Position numbers and translations under genes: made by a program. From Acidimicrobiaceae bacterium (lineage in GTDB: Bacteria > Actinomycetota > Acidimicrobiia > Acidimicrobiales > Aldehydirespiratoraceae), in the NCBI GenBank assembly GCA_002729125.1, contig PBTQ01000011.1:1-60162 (forward strand): a stretch of 60,162 bases of DNA, in the 5' to 3' direction. The notes beneath the pieces were generated by a model. It did not search any database. It saw only the letters and a list, made by a program, of their open reading frames with translations, and was not told where the DNA came from. Positions 8,989-17,827 of the stretch are shown piece after piece. The stretch's first letter is position 1; each line of letters starts with the position of its first letter.

Positions 8989-10053
8989 TCAGACGTCGAA
9001 GTCGACCGAGACCGTACCGCTCGTGGGCGTTGCCTGACAGGTGAGAATAAATCCGGCGCTGGCCTCGCCGGGTAGGAGTCCGTAGGTGGCGGCCATCTTG
9101 ACCTCGCCCTCGGTGACCCGAGCCCGGCAGGTTGAACACACACCGGCCTGACACGCAAAGGGCACCTCGGGACGGGATCGCTGGATCGCATCGAGAACCG
9201 TGTCCACAGGCATCACGGAGAACGTGCTGGTGCGGCCGTCAAGCGTGACCTGGCCGGTAGCGATCGGCTCGATCGAATCATCGACCGGGCCACGAACCCG
9301 GCGGGGTGCTCGCCCGCCTTGCGCCGAGGTAAAACGTTCGGTGTGAATTTGGTCCGGTTGGAGGCCGAGACGGGTGTGGGCGTCGATGATCGTCTCGATC
9401 AAGCCCTCGGGGCCGCAGAGGAAGACATGATCGGGAGTAGCCGGGAACAGGCCTCGCTCCACACCGGCGAGGAACGACTGAACACTCGGACGGCCGTCGA
9501 GCAGGTCGAGTGCCTGCGGCTCACGAGTGAGCTGGCGCCACACCCGGAATCGGTCGAGGTACCGATTGCGGAGGTCCTCGATGTCGTCGAGCAGCATGAT
9601 GGACGACGTTGCCTTGTCGACCTGGAGCAGCGTGACGACAGAGTTCGGTTCGCTATCGAGGATCGTCGCAGCGATGGAGTAGATCGGTGTGATTCCGCTA
9701 CCGCCTGCGACCAGCGTGTACAGGCGAGCCGTCGGCGGATCGAGTTGGTGAGTGAAGCGCCCCATCGGCCCCATGGCCTCGACGGTGTCGCCGACGCGCA
9801 GGGCCGACGTGGCCCAGGTCGAGAACGCACCGCCATCAACGCGCTTGATCCCGACACGGAGCGCACCGTCAACCGGGCTGCAGATGGAATAACTGCGACG
9901 GATCTCGACCCCATCAATCTCGCGGCGGAAGGTCAGGTACTGGCCATGCTCGAATCCAAGTTCGGTATTGGGACACTCGAGCGTGACCAGAATCGACAAC
10001 GATGTGTCCCGTTCGATCTCAGTCACGTTCAGTGGGTGAAAGGCAACGGCCAT
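8989..10053 (-). CDS. paaE: Phenylacetyl-CoA epoxidase reductase subunit (FNR-like plus plant-type 2Fe-2S)
   Basis: RRSYSICS (FAD RxYS), VAGGSGITP (NAD) and C-terminal CQAGVCSTCRARV...C ferredoxin motif. Confidence 0.9.
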   Translation of the reverse strand: MAVAFHPLNVTEIERDTSLSILVTLECPNTELGFEHGQYLTFRREIDGVEIRRSYSICSPVDGALRVGIKRVDGGAFSTWATSALRVGDTVEAMGPMGRFTHQLDPPTARLYTLVAGGSGITPIYSIAATILDSEPNSVVTLLQVDKATSSIMLLDDIEDLRNRYLDRFRVWRQLTREPQALDLLDGRPSVQSFLAGVERGLFPATPDHVFLCGPEGLIETIIDAHTRLGLQPDQIHTERFTSAQGGRAPRRVRGPVDDSIEPIATGQVTLDGRTSTFSVMPVDTVLDAIQRSRPEVPFACQAGVCSTCRARVTEGEVKMAATYGLLPGEASAGFILTCQATPTSGTVSVDFDV

Positions 10054-10520
10054 CAGATCGCCTTAAACGACTCGAACGGCTGGCGACATGCCTCGCACAT
10101 GTGCAGTGCCTTGCATGCCGTGGCTCCAAACGCCGACGTGAGATGGGTGCGACGGGAGTTGCAGTGGGGGCACGCAACGGGAAAATCGAGGGCCACCGGG
10201 CCATCGGCGGCGGCACCTGGTGGCGCAATTCCGGCAGCGGTGAGCTTGGCTCGGCCCTCATCGGTGATGTCGTCGGTCGACCACGGCGGGCTCATCACGA
10301 ACTCGACGGATGGTTCGTACCCGGCGGCAACGACCGCAGCCTCGACGTCGGACCGGATCTGTTCGGTCGCCGGACAGCCCGTGTAGGTCGGTGTCAGCCG
10401 GACGTGGGCGGCGCGCCCGTCGATCTCGACCGAACGGACCATACCGAGGTCGCCGATGGTGACGTGAGGCAGCTCTGGGTCGTCAACCGCCCGCACGAGC
10501 AGGTCGATGATGCTCACCAT
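10053..10520 (-). CDS. paaD: Phenylacetyl-CoA epoxidase subunit PaaD (DUF59-type)
   Basis: VDDPELPHVTIGDLGMVRSVE motif and a C-terminal Cys cluster (CPHCNS...CKALHMCEAC). It sits between paaC and paaE. Confidence 0.85.
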   Translation of the reverse strand: MVSIIDLLVRAVDDPELPHVTIGDLGMVRSVEIDGRAAHVRLTPTYTGCPATEQIRSDVEAAVVAAGYEPSVEFVMSPPWSTDDITDEGRAKLTAAGIAPPGAAADGPVALDFPVACPHCNSRRTHLTSAFGATACKALHMCEACRQPFESFKAI

Positions 10521-11260
10521 GTCGCACCCGGATGCGCACGAGCGAGGTCCTGCATGACCTCAAGCATCGGCGCGAGGTGCTCGCTGTGATCGCCCTCAAG
10601 ACCGCCCGACCGAGTGGGTGGCTCGGGCGGCATGGTGAGCGTCGCCTCGACCACGGTTGCGCCGACGGCTGCTCTCCAGCCACCATCGAAGCGAGGCCCG
10701 ATGAGCCCTGCTGCGCGGAGGTCGTCTTCGTCGTCGGCGCCGAGCAGCTCACCGGCGAAGGGCCACATGGTGTCGAGGCCCGCCTGAGCCCGGCGGTGGC
10801 TTTCGTCCGTGCCATCGCCCAGACGGATCAGCCAGCCGGTGGAGTGCCGCAGATGAAAGCGCGTTTCGTTGACGGCGCGAGCAGCGAGAGCCGCCAACGT
10901 CTGATCGGTGCTGCTACACATCGATTCCCAATACAGAAGGGCAGCGTGGTCGTGCAGCACCTGCCGCACCATGGTGACGGCGAAATCGCCATTGGGTTGC
11001 TCGACGATCAAGGGGTTCCGGAAGTCGGCTGCGTCTCGGAAGTAGGCGAAATAGTCCTCGTCATGGCCAAGGCCTTCTAGCTCTCCGGCATAGGTGTAAA
11101 GGTGCCGGGCTTGCCCGAGGAGATCGAGGCTGATATTGGCCAACGCCATGTCCTCCTCCAGTTCGGGCGCGTGGGTGAGCCACTCGGCGAGTCGGTGGCT
11201 GAGGACGAGGATTCGGTCGGCCTGCCGCAGTACGTGCGTGAGGAGATCGGCAGGCATCAC
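10514..11260 (-). CDS. paaC: Phenylacetyl-CoA epoxidase structural subunit PaaC
   Basis: 248-aa ferritin-like protein in the canonical paaABCDE position. Its GTG start overlaps the paaB stop (GTGA). Confidence 0.85.
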   Translation of the reverse strand: MMPADLLTHVLRQADRILVLSHRLAEWLTHAPELEEDMALANISLDLLGQARHLYTYAGELEGLGHDEDYFAYFRDAADFRNPLIVEQPNGDFAVTMVRQVLHDHAALLYWESMCSSTDQTLAALAARAVNETRFHLRHSTGWLIRLGDGTDESHRRAQAGLDTMWPFAGELLGADDEDDLRAAGLIGPRFDGGWRAAVGATVVEATLTMPPEPPTRSGGLEGDHSEHLAPMLEVMQDLARAHPGATW

Positions 11261-11541
11261 ATGTGATCGACGTCCGCCGGCAGCTCGTAGCTGGTTGGGA
11301 AACGGTAGGCCTTGTCGGCGGCAGGTTCGAAGAGTTCAGCCTCGGCCGACGGATCAGATGCGACGATCTCGGCCGACGGTACGACCCAGAGGCTCACGCC
11401 TTCTTGACGGCGGGTGAAAAGATCCCGCGCGGCCTGCAGCGCCGTCTCGCCGTCGGCAGCGTGCACGGAACCGACGTGGGTGTGGCTAAGCCCGCGCCGC
11501 GCCCGGACGAACACCTCCCAGAGCGGCCAGGCATCACTCAC
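11257..11541 (-). CDS. paaB: Phenylacetyl-CoA epoxidase subunit PaaB
   Basis: C-terminal 94 aa of ORF 11257..12129: [45 protein letters not shown]... This is typical of PaaB. GTG 11541 overlaps the paaA stop (GTGA). Confidence 0.85.
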   Translation of the reverse strand: MSDAWPLWEVFVRARRGLSHTHVGSVHAADGETALQAARDLFTRRQEGVSLWVVPSAEIVASDPSAEAELFEPAADKAYRFPTSYELPADVDHM

Positions 11542-12467
11542 GCGACTCGTTCCCGCTGCTGTTGCTTCTCGGCGTAAGCCACCGCCGCCTCGCGGACCCA
11601 CTCGCCTTCGGTGTGAGCGTTGCGGCGCGTCGAGATGCGCAGATTCGGGATCTCGCCCTCGCCCTTGACCATCGTTGCGAACTCGGCCCAATCCGGCTCG
11701 CTGAAGTCGTACTGGCCCCGCTCCTCGTTCCACACAAGATCGGGATCGGGGACGGTGAGGCCGAGCAGCTCCACTTGCGGAACGGTGGCGGCGACGAACT
11801 GTTGGCGAAGTTCGTCGTTGGTGTAGCGCTTGATCCCCCACGCCATCGATCGGGCAGTATTGGGTGATTCGGTGTCGGGCGGGCCGAACATCATGATGCT
11901 CGGCCACCACCACCGATCGAGGGCCCGTTGGGCCATCGCCTTTTGCTCGGGCGTTCCTTCCGAGAGCGTGAGCATGATTTGGTAGCCCTGGCGCTGATGA
12001 AAGCTCTCTTCCTTGCAGATCCGCACCATCGCCCGGCCGTAGGGCCCGTAGGAGCAACGGCAGAGCGGAACCTGGTTGGCGATCGCTGCGCCGTCGACAA
12101 GCCATCCGATCGCGCCGACGTCGGCCCACTCGGGCGTCGCGTAGTTGAAGATGGAGGAGTACTTCTGCGTCTTGTTGTGGAGGCGGTCGAGGAGTTCAGC
12201 CCGGTCGACGCCGAGGCTCTCGGCCGCTCCGTAGAGGTACATGCCGTGGCCGGCCTCGTCTTGCACCTTTGCGGTGAGGATTGCCTTGCGGTGGAGCGAC
12301 GGCGCCCGGGCGATCCACTCCCCTTCAGGCTGCATGCCGATGATCTCACTGTGCGCATGCTGTGCGATCTGACGCACGAGCGTCTTGCGATAGTCGTCGG
12401 GCATCCAGTCGTCGGGCTCGATCCGTTCGTCGGCGTCGATGAGTGCGTCGAACTGTGCTTGGCTCAC
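11538..12467 (-). CDS. paaA: Phenylacetyl-CoA epoxidase catalytic subunit PaaA (di-iron)
   Basis: [29 protein letters not shown] and [11 protein letters not shown] di-iron ligand regions. Start trimmed to GTG 12467, which overlaps the paaZ stop (GTGA). Confidence 0.92.
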   Translation of the reverse strand: MSQAQFDALIDADERIEPDDWMPDDYRKTLVRQIAQHAHSEIIGMQPEGEWIARAPSLHRKAILTAKVQDEAGHGMYLYGAAESLGVDRAELLDRLHNKTQKYSSIFNYATPEWADVGAIGWLVDGAAIANQVPLCRCSYGPYGRAMVRICKEESFHQRQGYQIMLTLSEGTPEQKAMAQRALDRWWWPSIMMFGPPDTESPNTARSMAWGIKRYTNDELRQQFVAATVPQVELLGLTVPDPDLVWNEERGQYDFSEPDWAEFATMVKGEGEIPNLRISTRRNAHTEGEWVREAAVAYAEKQQQRERVA

Positions 12468-14482
12468 GCGGGCTCCTTTTGCGCGACCATGGTCAAGACG
12501 TCGTAGCTGGCAAGCACGTTGTCGTCCTGATCGATGACCTTGGTGTCCCACCGGACCTCGCCGTAGCCGGCGCCCGCCCGGAGGGACTTCTGCTTACAGG
12601 TGAAGATGACCCGGATCTCGGTCCCCGGGTAGGTCGGTGTAGCGAACCGGAGGTTGTCGACGCCGTAGTTGGCCAGTACGGGGCCCGGGTCGGGCCACAC
12701 GAAGAGGCCGGCCGCCATCGAAAGCACCAGATAGCCATGGGCGACCCGGCCTTCGAAGATCGGACTGGCTTTCGCGGCCTCGTCGTCCATGTGGGCGTAG
12801 AAGAGATCGCCGGTGAAGTGGGCGAAGTGCTCGATGTCTTCGAGCGTGATCACCCTGGGTTCCGTGTCGAGACAGTCGCCGACCTCGAGTTCGTCGAAGA
12901 ACAGAGTGAACGGATGGCCGTTGTGGCGGCGAGCAGCACCATTGACCCACTCGCCCGTGACAGCGGTGATGAGATCGGGCGAGCCCTGCACGGCGGTGCG
13001 CTGCATGTGATGCAACACCGAGCGAACGCCACCAAGTTCTTCGCCACCACCCGCTCGACCGGGTCCACCGTGGACAAGTTGAGGAAGTGGTGAGCCATGG
13101 CCGGTCGACGCAGCGGCGGATGTTGCGTCGATGGTGTGGACCCGGCCGTGGAACGGCGCGATCCCGAGGGTGATCCTGGCGGTCTCGTCGGTGTCGGGCC
13201 CGAAAACGGAGGCAACAAGACTGCCGCGCCCCTTGGCGACGAGCGCAACAGCATCATCGAGGCCCTGATAGCCGAAGAGGGTCGACACGGGGCCGAACGC
13301 CTCGACTATGTGCGCCGCCGATTTGGCCGGATCGTCGGCGCGCAACAGCATCGGCGCCATGAACGCACCCCGTTCGGTGTCGAGTCCAGAGAGTTCCGGC
13401 GCGAACACCGTGCGGGCCCCGACGCTGGCAACGGCAGCGTGGACGTCGGCTCGCTGATCCAGACTGACAAGGGCCCCCATGTCGGTGGCGTCGTCGGCGG
13501 GGTGGCCGACCGTGATCGCCTCCAGTCGGGTGACCAGGGCGTCGCTGACGGCGTCAAGGCGCCCGTCAGGCACGATCACCCGGCGGATGGCAGTGCACTT
13601 CTGACCGGCCTTGGCGACCATTTCGCTGACGACGGCATCGCAGAACGATTCGAACTCGGCCGTTTCGGGCCCAGCCGAAGGCGCGAGAACGGCGGCGTTG
13701 AGTGAGTCGGCCTCGGCGGAAAAGCGCACCCCGCGTTCGAGAACGGCGGGGATCGTGCGAAGTGACTGGGCCGTCGCCGCCGAGCCGGTGAAGGCGAGAC
13801 TGTCCTGCTCGTCGAGCACGTCGAAGATCGGGGTGATGTCGCCCGCGACGAACTGCAACGAGCCTTCCGGGAGGAGACCGGAGGCGAGGATGGTCCGTAC
13901 CGCCGCCTCGGCGACGTAGGCCGTAGGTGTGGCCGGCTTGGTGATCGTCGGAACGCCGGCGAGGAACGCCGACGCGAACTTTTCGAGCATCCCCCACGCG
14001 GGGAAGTTGAAAGCGTTGATCTGGACGGCTACTCCGGTGCGAGAAACGTTGATGTGCCTGGCGACGAAGCTGCCGTCGCGGCTCAGTGACTGGACGTCAC
14101 CGTCGGGCCAGACCGTGCTGTTGGGGAGCTCGCGACGGCCGATGCCCGAGTAGGCGAGAAGCGAGCCCGCACCGCCGTCGATGTCGATCGCTGCGTCGGC
14201 TCGGGTGGCTCCGGAACGGTGACTCAAGGAGTACAGCTCACTGGTGTCGTCCAGGAGGAGCTTGCCGACGGTCCTCAGGATTGCGGCCCGATCGTGGAAG
14301 GTGAGCGCCCGCAGGGCTGGGCCGCCGACGTTGCGCGCATGGTCGTGTGCAGCTACCAAGTCGAGTCCGCCGGCGCCGACGACACCGATCGTTTCGCCGG
14401 TTATCGCATCGGCGACGGGTCGACCACCCGAGCCTGTGTGCCAGCGACCTGCGATGTGGCTCTCGAACGTGCGCATAATCAA
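12464..14482 (-). CDS. paaZ: Bifunctional oxepin-CoA hydrolase / 3-oxo-5,6-dehydrosuberyl-CoA semialdehyde dehydrogenase
   Basis: 672-aa ORF with an N-terminal aldehyde-dehydrogenase domain and a C-terminal MaoC hotdog domain ([19 protein letters not shown]...[10 protein letters not shown]). TTG start. It heads the paa operon. Confidence 0.9.
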   Translation of the reverse strand: MIMRTFESHIAGRWHTGSGGRPVADAITGETIGVVGAGGLDLVAAHDHARNVGGPALRALTFHDRAAILRTVGKLLLDDTSELYSLSHRSGATRADAAIDIDGGAGSLLAYSGIGRRELPNSTVWPDGDVQSLSRDGSFVARHINVSRTGVAVQINAFNFPAWGMLEKFASAFLAGVPTITKPATPTAYVAEAAVRTILASGLLPEGSLQFVAGDITPIFDVLDEQDSLAFTGSAATAQSLRTIPAVLERGVRFSAEADSLNAAVLAPSAGPETAEFESFCDAVVSEMVAKAGQKCTAIRRVIVPDGRLDAVSDALVTRLEAITVGHPADDATDMGALVSLDQRADVHAAVASVGARTVFAPELSGLDTERGAFMAPMLLRADDPAKSAAHIVEAFGPVSTLFGYQGLDDAVALVAKGRGSLVASVFGPDTDETARITLGIAPFHGRVHTIDATSAAASTGHGSPLPQLVHGGPGRAGGGEELGGVRSVLHHMQRTAVQGSPDLITAVTGEWVNGAARRHNGHPFTLFFDELEVGDCLDTEPRVITLEDIEHFAHFTGDLFYAHMDDEAAKASPIFEGRVAHGYLVLSMAAGLFVWPDPGPVLANYGVDNLRFATPTYPGTEIRVIFTCKQKSLRAGAGYGEVRWDTKVIDQDDNVLASYDVLTMVAQKEPA

Positions 14483-14499
14483 CTCACCCGGTGAAGGAG

Positions 14500-14519
14500 A
14501 TGGTCAAGGCTTTGACCAT
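14500..14519. promoter_or_regulatory. Candidate operator: 20-bp palindrome ATGGTCAAGGCTTTGACCAT upstream of paaZ
   Basis: Perfect 8-bp arms (ATGGTCAA / TTGACCAT) lie 17 nt upstream of the paaZ start. A 17/20-identical copy occurs at 22122-22141. Confidence 0.45.
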
Positions 14520-14596
14520 ATCAATTGTGACGGGTTACGGGTCGGCGCACAGCGCCGGGTCCCGGAAGGGGCTGCCGACGGCGTGAGCGCCGGAGA

Positions 14597-15379
14597 TCAG
14601 TCGGCGTGAAGGTCGGCGCTGCCGAGGTAGGCAGCGATCACGTTTGGATCCTTCTGGACCTCTGCCGGGGTGCCCTCGGCGATCTTCTCGCCGAAGTCGA
14701 GCACCATGATGCGGTCGGCGATGTCCATGACGAGCCCCATGTCGTGCTCGACCATGATCATCGAGATACCGAGCTCTCGGCGGATATCGAGGATGAAGCG
14801 GGCCATGTCCTCGGTCTCTTCGAGGTTCATGCCGGCCACCGGTTCGTCGAGCAACAACAGCTCTGGCTCCATGGCGAGGGCCCGGCCGAGCTCAACCCGC
14901 TTCTGGAATCCGTACGGAAGCAGGGCGACGGGGTGCTTGCGCCACTCCTGGATCTCAAGGAAGTCGATGATGTCCTCGACTCGGCGGCGGTTCGCCATCT
15001 CCTCCGCTTTGGCCTTGCCACGCCAGATCATGCCGTCGAACCAGTTCTGGGTCATGCGCACGTGCCGCCCGGTGAGCAGGTTGTCGACCACCGTCATCTG
15101 CGGGAAAAGCTCGATGTTCTGGAAGGTTCGGGCGATGCCCATAGCGGCGACGTTGTCGGGCCGGGCGCCCATGATCGACGAGCCCTTCCAGCGGATGTCA
15201 CCCTCTTGGGGGCGATACACCTGGCTGATGGTGTTGAAGATCGAGGTCTTGCCGGCACCGTTCGGGCCGATGATCGAGAACAGCTCGCCGGGGTTCACGT
15301 GGAAGGCCACGTTGCTGATGGCGGTCACACCGCCGAACCGCAGCGTGATGTCTTCGACTTCGAGGATGGGATCAGTCAT
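14597..15379 (-). CDS. livG: Branched-chain-amino-acid-type ABC transporter ATP-binding protein (LivG-like)
   Basis: Walker A GPNGAGKTS, signature LPYGFQKRVELGRAL, Walker B LLLLDEP. Confidence 0.9.
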   Translation of the reverse strand: MTDPILEVEDITLRFGGVTAISNVAFHVNPGELFSIIGPNGAGKTSIFNTISQVYRPQEGDIRWKGSSIMGARPDNVAAMGIARTFQNIELFPQMTVVDNLLTGRHVRMTQNWFDGMIWRGKAKAEEMANRRRVEDIIDFLEIQEWRKHPVALLPYGFQKRVELGRALAMEPELLLLDEPVAGMNLEETEDMARFILDIRRELGISMIMVEHDMGLVMDIADRIMVLDFGEKIAEGTPAEVQKDPNVIAAYLGSADLHAD

Positions 15380-15396
15380 CGTGCTGTCTCCTCAGC

Positions 15397-16191
15397 TCAG
15401 GACAACCAGCGCTTGCGGCGCTTGTAGTGCTTGACGTCGCGGAACGACTTCCGTTCGCCGCCCTCGCCGTGCAGACCCAGGTAGAACTCCTGAACGTCCT
15501 CGTCGCCAAGCAGCTTCTGGGCCTCGCCGTCCATGACGACCTTGCCCGTTTCGAGGATGTAGCCGTGCTTGGCGATCGAAAGCGCCATCATGGCGTTCTG
15601 CTCGATCAGCAAGACTGACACGCCCTGCTTGTTGATGTCGACGATGATGTCGCGAATCTGTTCGATCAGCATCGGTGCGAGACCGAGTGACGGTTCGTCG
15701 AGAATGAGAAGTTCGGGGTCGGACATGAGTGCACGTCCGATGGCGAGCATCTGTTGCTCGCCGCCCGACAAGTAGCCAGCGGTCTGCTTTCGCCGCTCGG
15801 CCAAGATGGGGAAGAGATCCATGACCCGGTCGTAGGACTCGGCGGTCTTGGCCTTGTCCTGCACTGTGAAGCCGCCCGTCGCGAGGTTTTCGTCCACGGT
15901 GAGCTCGGCGAAGACTCGCCGGCCTTCCATCACCTGAGTGATTCCCGACTCCACGATCTCGGAGGGCTTTGCGTGGGTGATGTCCTTGCCCTTCCACGTG
16001 ATCGAGCCCTTGGTGGCTTCGCCCTCGTGGACATCGAGTAGGCCAGAGACGGCCCGAACGGTGGTGGTCTTGCCGGCACCGTTGGCGCCCAGGAGGGCGA
16101 CGATGTCGCCTTCGGGTACTTCGATGGACAAGCCGCGCAGGACGAGGATCACTTCGTTGTAGACGACCTCGAGATTCGCGATTTCGAGCAA
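15397..16191 (-). CDS. livF: Branched-chain-amino-acid-type ABC transporter ATP-binding protein (LivF-like)
   Basis: Walker A GANGAGKTT, signature LSGGEQQMLAIGRAL, Walker B LLILDEPS. TTG start. Confidence 0.9.
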   Translation of the reverse strand: MLEIANLEVVYNEVILVLRGLSIEVPEGDIVALLGANGAGKTTTVRAVSGLLDVHEGEATKGSITWKGKDITHAKPSEIVESGITQVMEGRRVFAELTVDENLATGGFTVQDKAKTAESYDRVMDLFPILAERRKQTAGYLSGGEQQMLAIGRALMSDPELLILDEPSLGLAPMLIEQIRDIIVDINKQGVSVLLIEQNAMMALSIAKHGYILETGKVVMDGEAQKLLGDEDVQEFYLGLHGEGGERKSFRDVKHYKRRKRWLS

Positions 16192-16241
16192 GAGACGTTC
16201 CTTGTTCGGGCGGGGATGCGGGTGGGTGAAATGACGATCGA

Positions 16242-16276
16242 CAGGCGGGGTGACACCGAGGGTGCCGCCCCGCCTG
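16242..16276 (-). promoter_or_regulatory. Intercistronic stem-loop between the binding-protein gene and livF
   Basis: CAGGCGGGG...CCCCGCCTG forms a perfect 9-bp outer stem. Inner pairing continues (GACACC/GGTGCC, one mismatch), giving about 16 bp around a GAG loop. No U-tract follows on the transcribed strand. Confidence 0.5.
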
Positions 16277-16327
16277 CTCGATCAATGGATCACGACGTCG
16301 AGCGACGTGACCCCAGTCGCTTCAGGC

Positions 16328-17740
16328 TCAGGAAGCCTTGAAGCAGGGTTCGTACTCCCAGGCAGCAGCCGTCGGGGAGACATAGTCACCCTCGAGGAGG
16401 GTGAAGCCACGGTTGGCGTCGTCGTCGGAGACGGTGCCGTCCGGGGTGAAGGCGGCTAGATCGACGTCGTACAGGTAGGTGCCACGAACGATCGCATCGT
16501 TCGCCTCCACGCCCCAGTTCTGGTTCGGAGCGAGACCCTGCAGGTCGACGGTGATCTCGTTGGCCGAGGCCACCATGCCGGCGCGGGTGATGTCGCCGTT
16601 GTCGATCGCGTTCTCGATCACCTGCTGGGCGATGAGACCTTCGATCCAGCTGACGATGTAGACGTCGTCGGCGATGTTGTCGGGGGCGTACTCACGCATG
16701 GTGGCGATGAGGTCCTGCATACCGGGCGAGTCACCGATACCCCAGAGCGTGGTGTAGGTGCTGTGGGTGTAGGAGGCGTCGAACACCTCGGCGAGGCCGG
16801 TACCCAGGAGGGCCGGGTTCCATGCCGGGCTGTTACCGGCCCACTGACCGGTGTAGCCTGCAGAAGCAGCGCCACCGACGAGCTCGGCGGTCTGGCCCGG
16901 ACCGGTGGTCAGCCACACGAAGTCAGCGCCGGACTCGGCGATGCCGGTGACAACCGGCGTCTGGTCAGCACCAGGGATGACCGCCGCCTCACCGTCGTAG
17001 ACGATTTCGAGGCCGAGCGCTTCCGCAGCGATCTTGGCGCCGATGGCACCGTCCTGGCCGTAGTCACCCGGGAACGAGGCGATGGCCATCTTGTTGCCAT
17101 AGGTCTCGCTCATGTAAGTGACACCGTTCATGGCCTCGATGCAGTAGTTGGCCTGCACCTCGAGCACATTCTGGCCGATCGTCGGATCGGTCCAACCCGA
17201 GTACCAGCTCAGCGGAATTGCCACAAGATCATCATCGACAAGCGCTTCAGCGATCGACGCCGTGTGCGGCGAACCAGTCGAGTTGGTCAGCATGACGACC
17301 GACTCATCGCCGTCACCGGAAAAGGCGTCGTAGTTCTCGAGATGGGTCGGCACGTCGTAGGCGTTATCGAGCACGACCGGCTCGACGGTCCAGCCGTTGT
17401 ACCCACCCTGATCGTTGTAACGATCCCAGAACACCAGCTGACCTTCGACGATCACCGTGGTGAGCGCAGCGAAGGTGCCGGATAGATCAGCGTTGAGACC
17501 GACGCGGATGACCTTGTTCTCGGCGTCGACACCAGCACCGGTGAGCATCTCACCGACGGTATCGGCCGTGTCATCACCGGCGTCCGCCGCGTCATCGTCG
17601 GAACCGGAATCCGAACCGGAATCCGAGTCGGTCGAGGCCGCGTCGCTGCCACTGTCGCTGCTGTCCTCATCGTCACCGCAGGCAGCGGCAACGAGCGAGA
17701 ACGCCAGCAACAGCGCAAGGAAAAGGCGCAGTTGCTTCAT
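16328..17740 (-). CDS. ABC transporter substrate-binding lipoprotein (LivJ/K-type, ligand unknown)
   Basis: Lipoprotein signal MKQLRLFLALLLAFSLVAAAC followed by a ~45-aa D/S-rich linker and a type-I periplasmic binding fold. ATG 17740 has GGAGGA 7 nt upstream; the ORF track start is 17755. Confidence 0.9.
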   Translation of the reverse strand: MKQLRLFLALLLAFSLVAAACGDDEDSSDSGSDAASTDSDSGSDSGSDDDAADAGDDTADTVGEMLTGAGVDAENKVIRVGLNADLSGTFAALTTVIVEGQLVFWDRYNDQGGYNGWTVEPVVLDNAYDVPTHLENYDAFSGDGDESVVMLTNSTGSPHTASIAEALVDDDLVAIPLSWYSGWTDPTIGQNVLEVQANYCIEAMNGVTYMSETYGNKMAIASFPGDYGQDGAIGAKIAAEALGLEIVYDGEAAVIPGADQTPVVTGIAESGADFVWLTTGPGQTAELVGGAASAGYTGQWAGNSPAWNPALLGTGLAEVFDASYTHSTYTTLWGIGDSPGMQDLIATMREYAPDNIADDVYIVSWIEGLIAQQVIENAIDNGDITRAGMVASANEITVDLQGLAPNQNWGVEANDAIVRGTYLYDVDLAAFTPDGTVSDDDANRGFTLLEGDYVSPTAAAWEYEPCFKAS

Positions 17741-17827
17741 GGGGTTTTCCTCCATTTTGTTGGACTCACGATCCCTGATGGGACCGAGATCTGTTGTGGT
17801 TGACGAACGATTGTGGGCAAAAGCCGC

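Noticed and set aside
14544-14556. GGCGC-aca-GCGCC hairpin after livG as a rho-independent terminator
   Set aside because: The stem is only 5-6 bp with a 3-nt loop, and no U-tract follows on the transcribed strand. This is too weak to call.
15392-16285. 297-aa reverse ORF co-extensive with livF
   Set aside because: It is in a different frame of the same strand as the livF-like gene. The product is extremely Arg-rich with no motifs, while the livF frame has Walker A/B and ABC signature motifs.
17601-17630. Tandem GGAATCCGAACC-like repeat as a CRISPR or VNTR element
   Set aside because: There are only two imperfect units, they lie inside a coding region, and they translate to the SDSGSDSGS linker of the lipoprotein.
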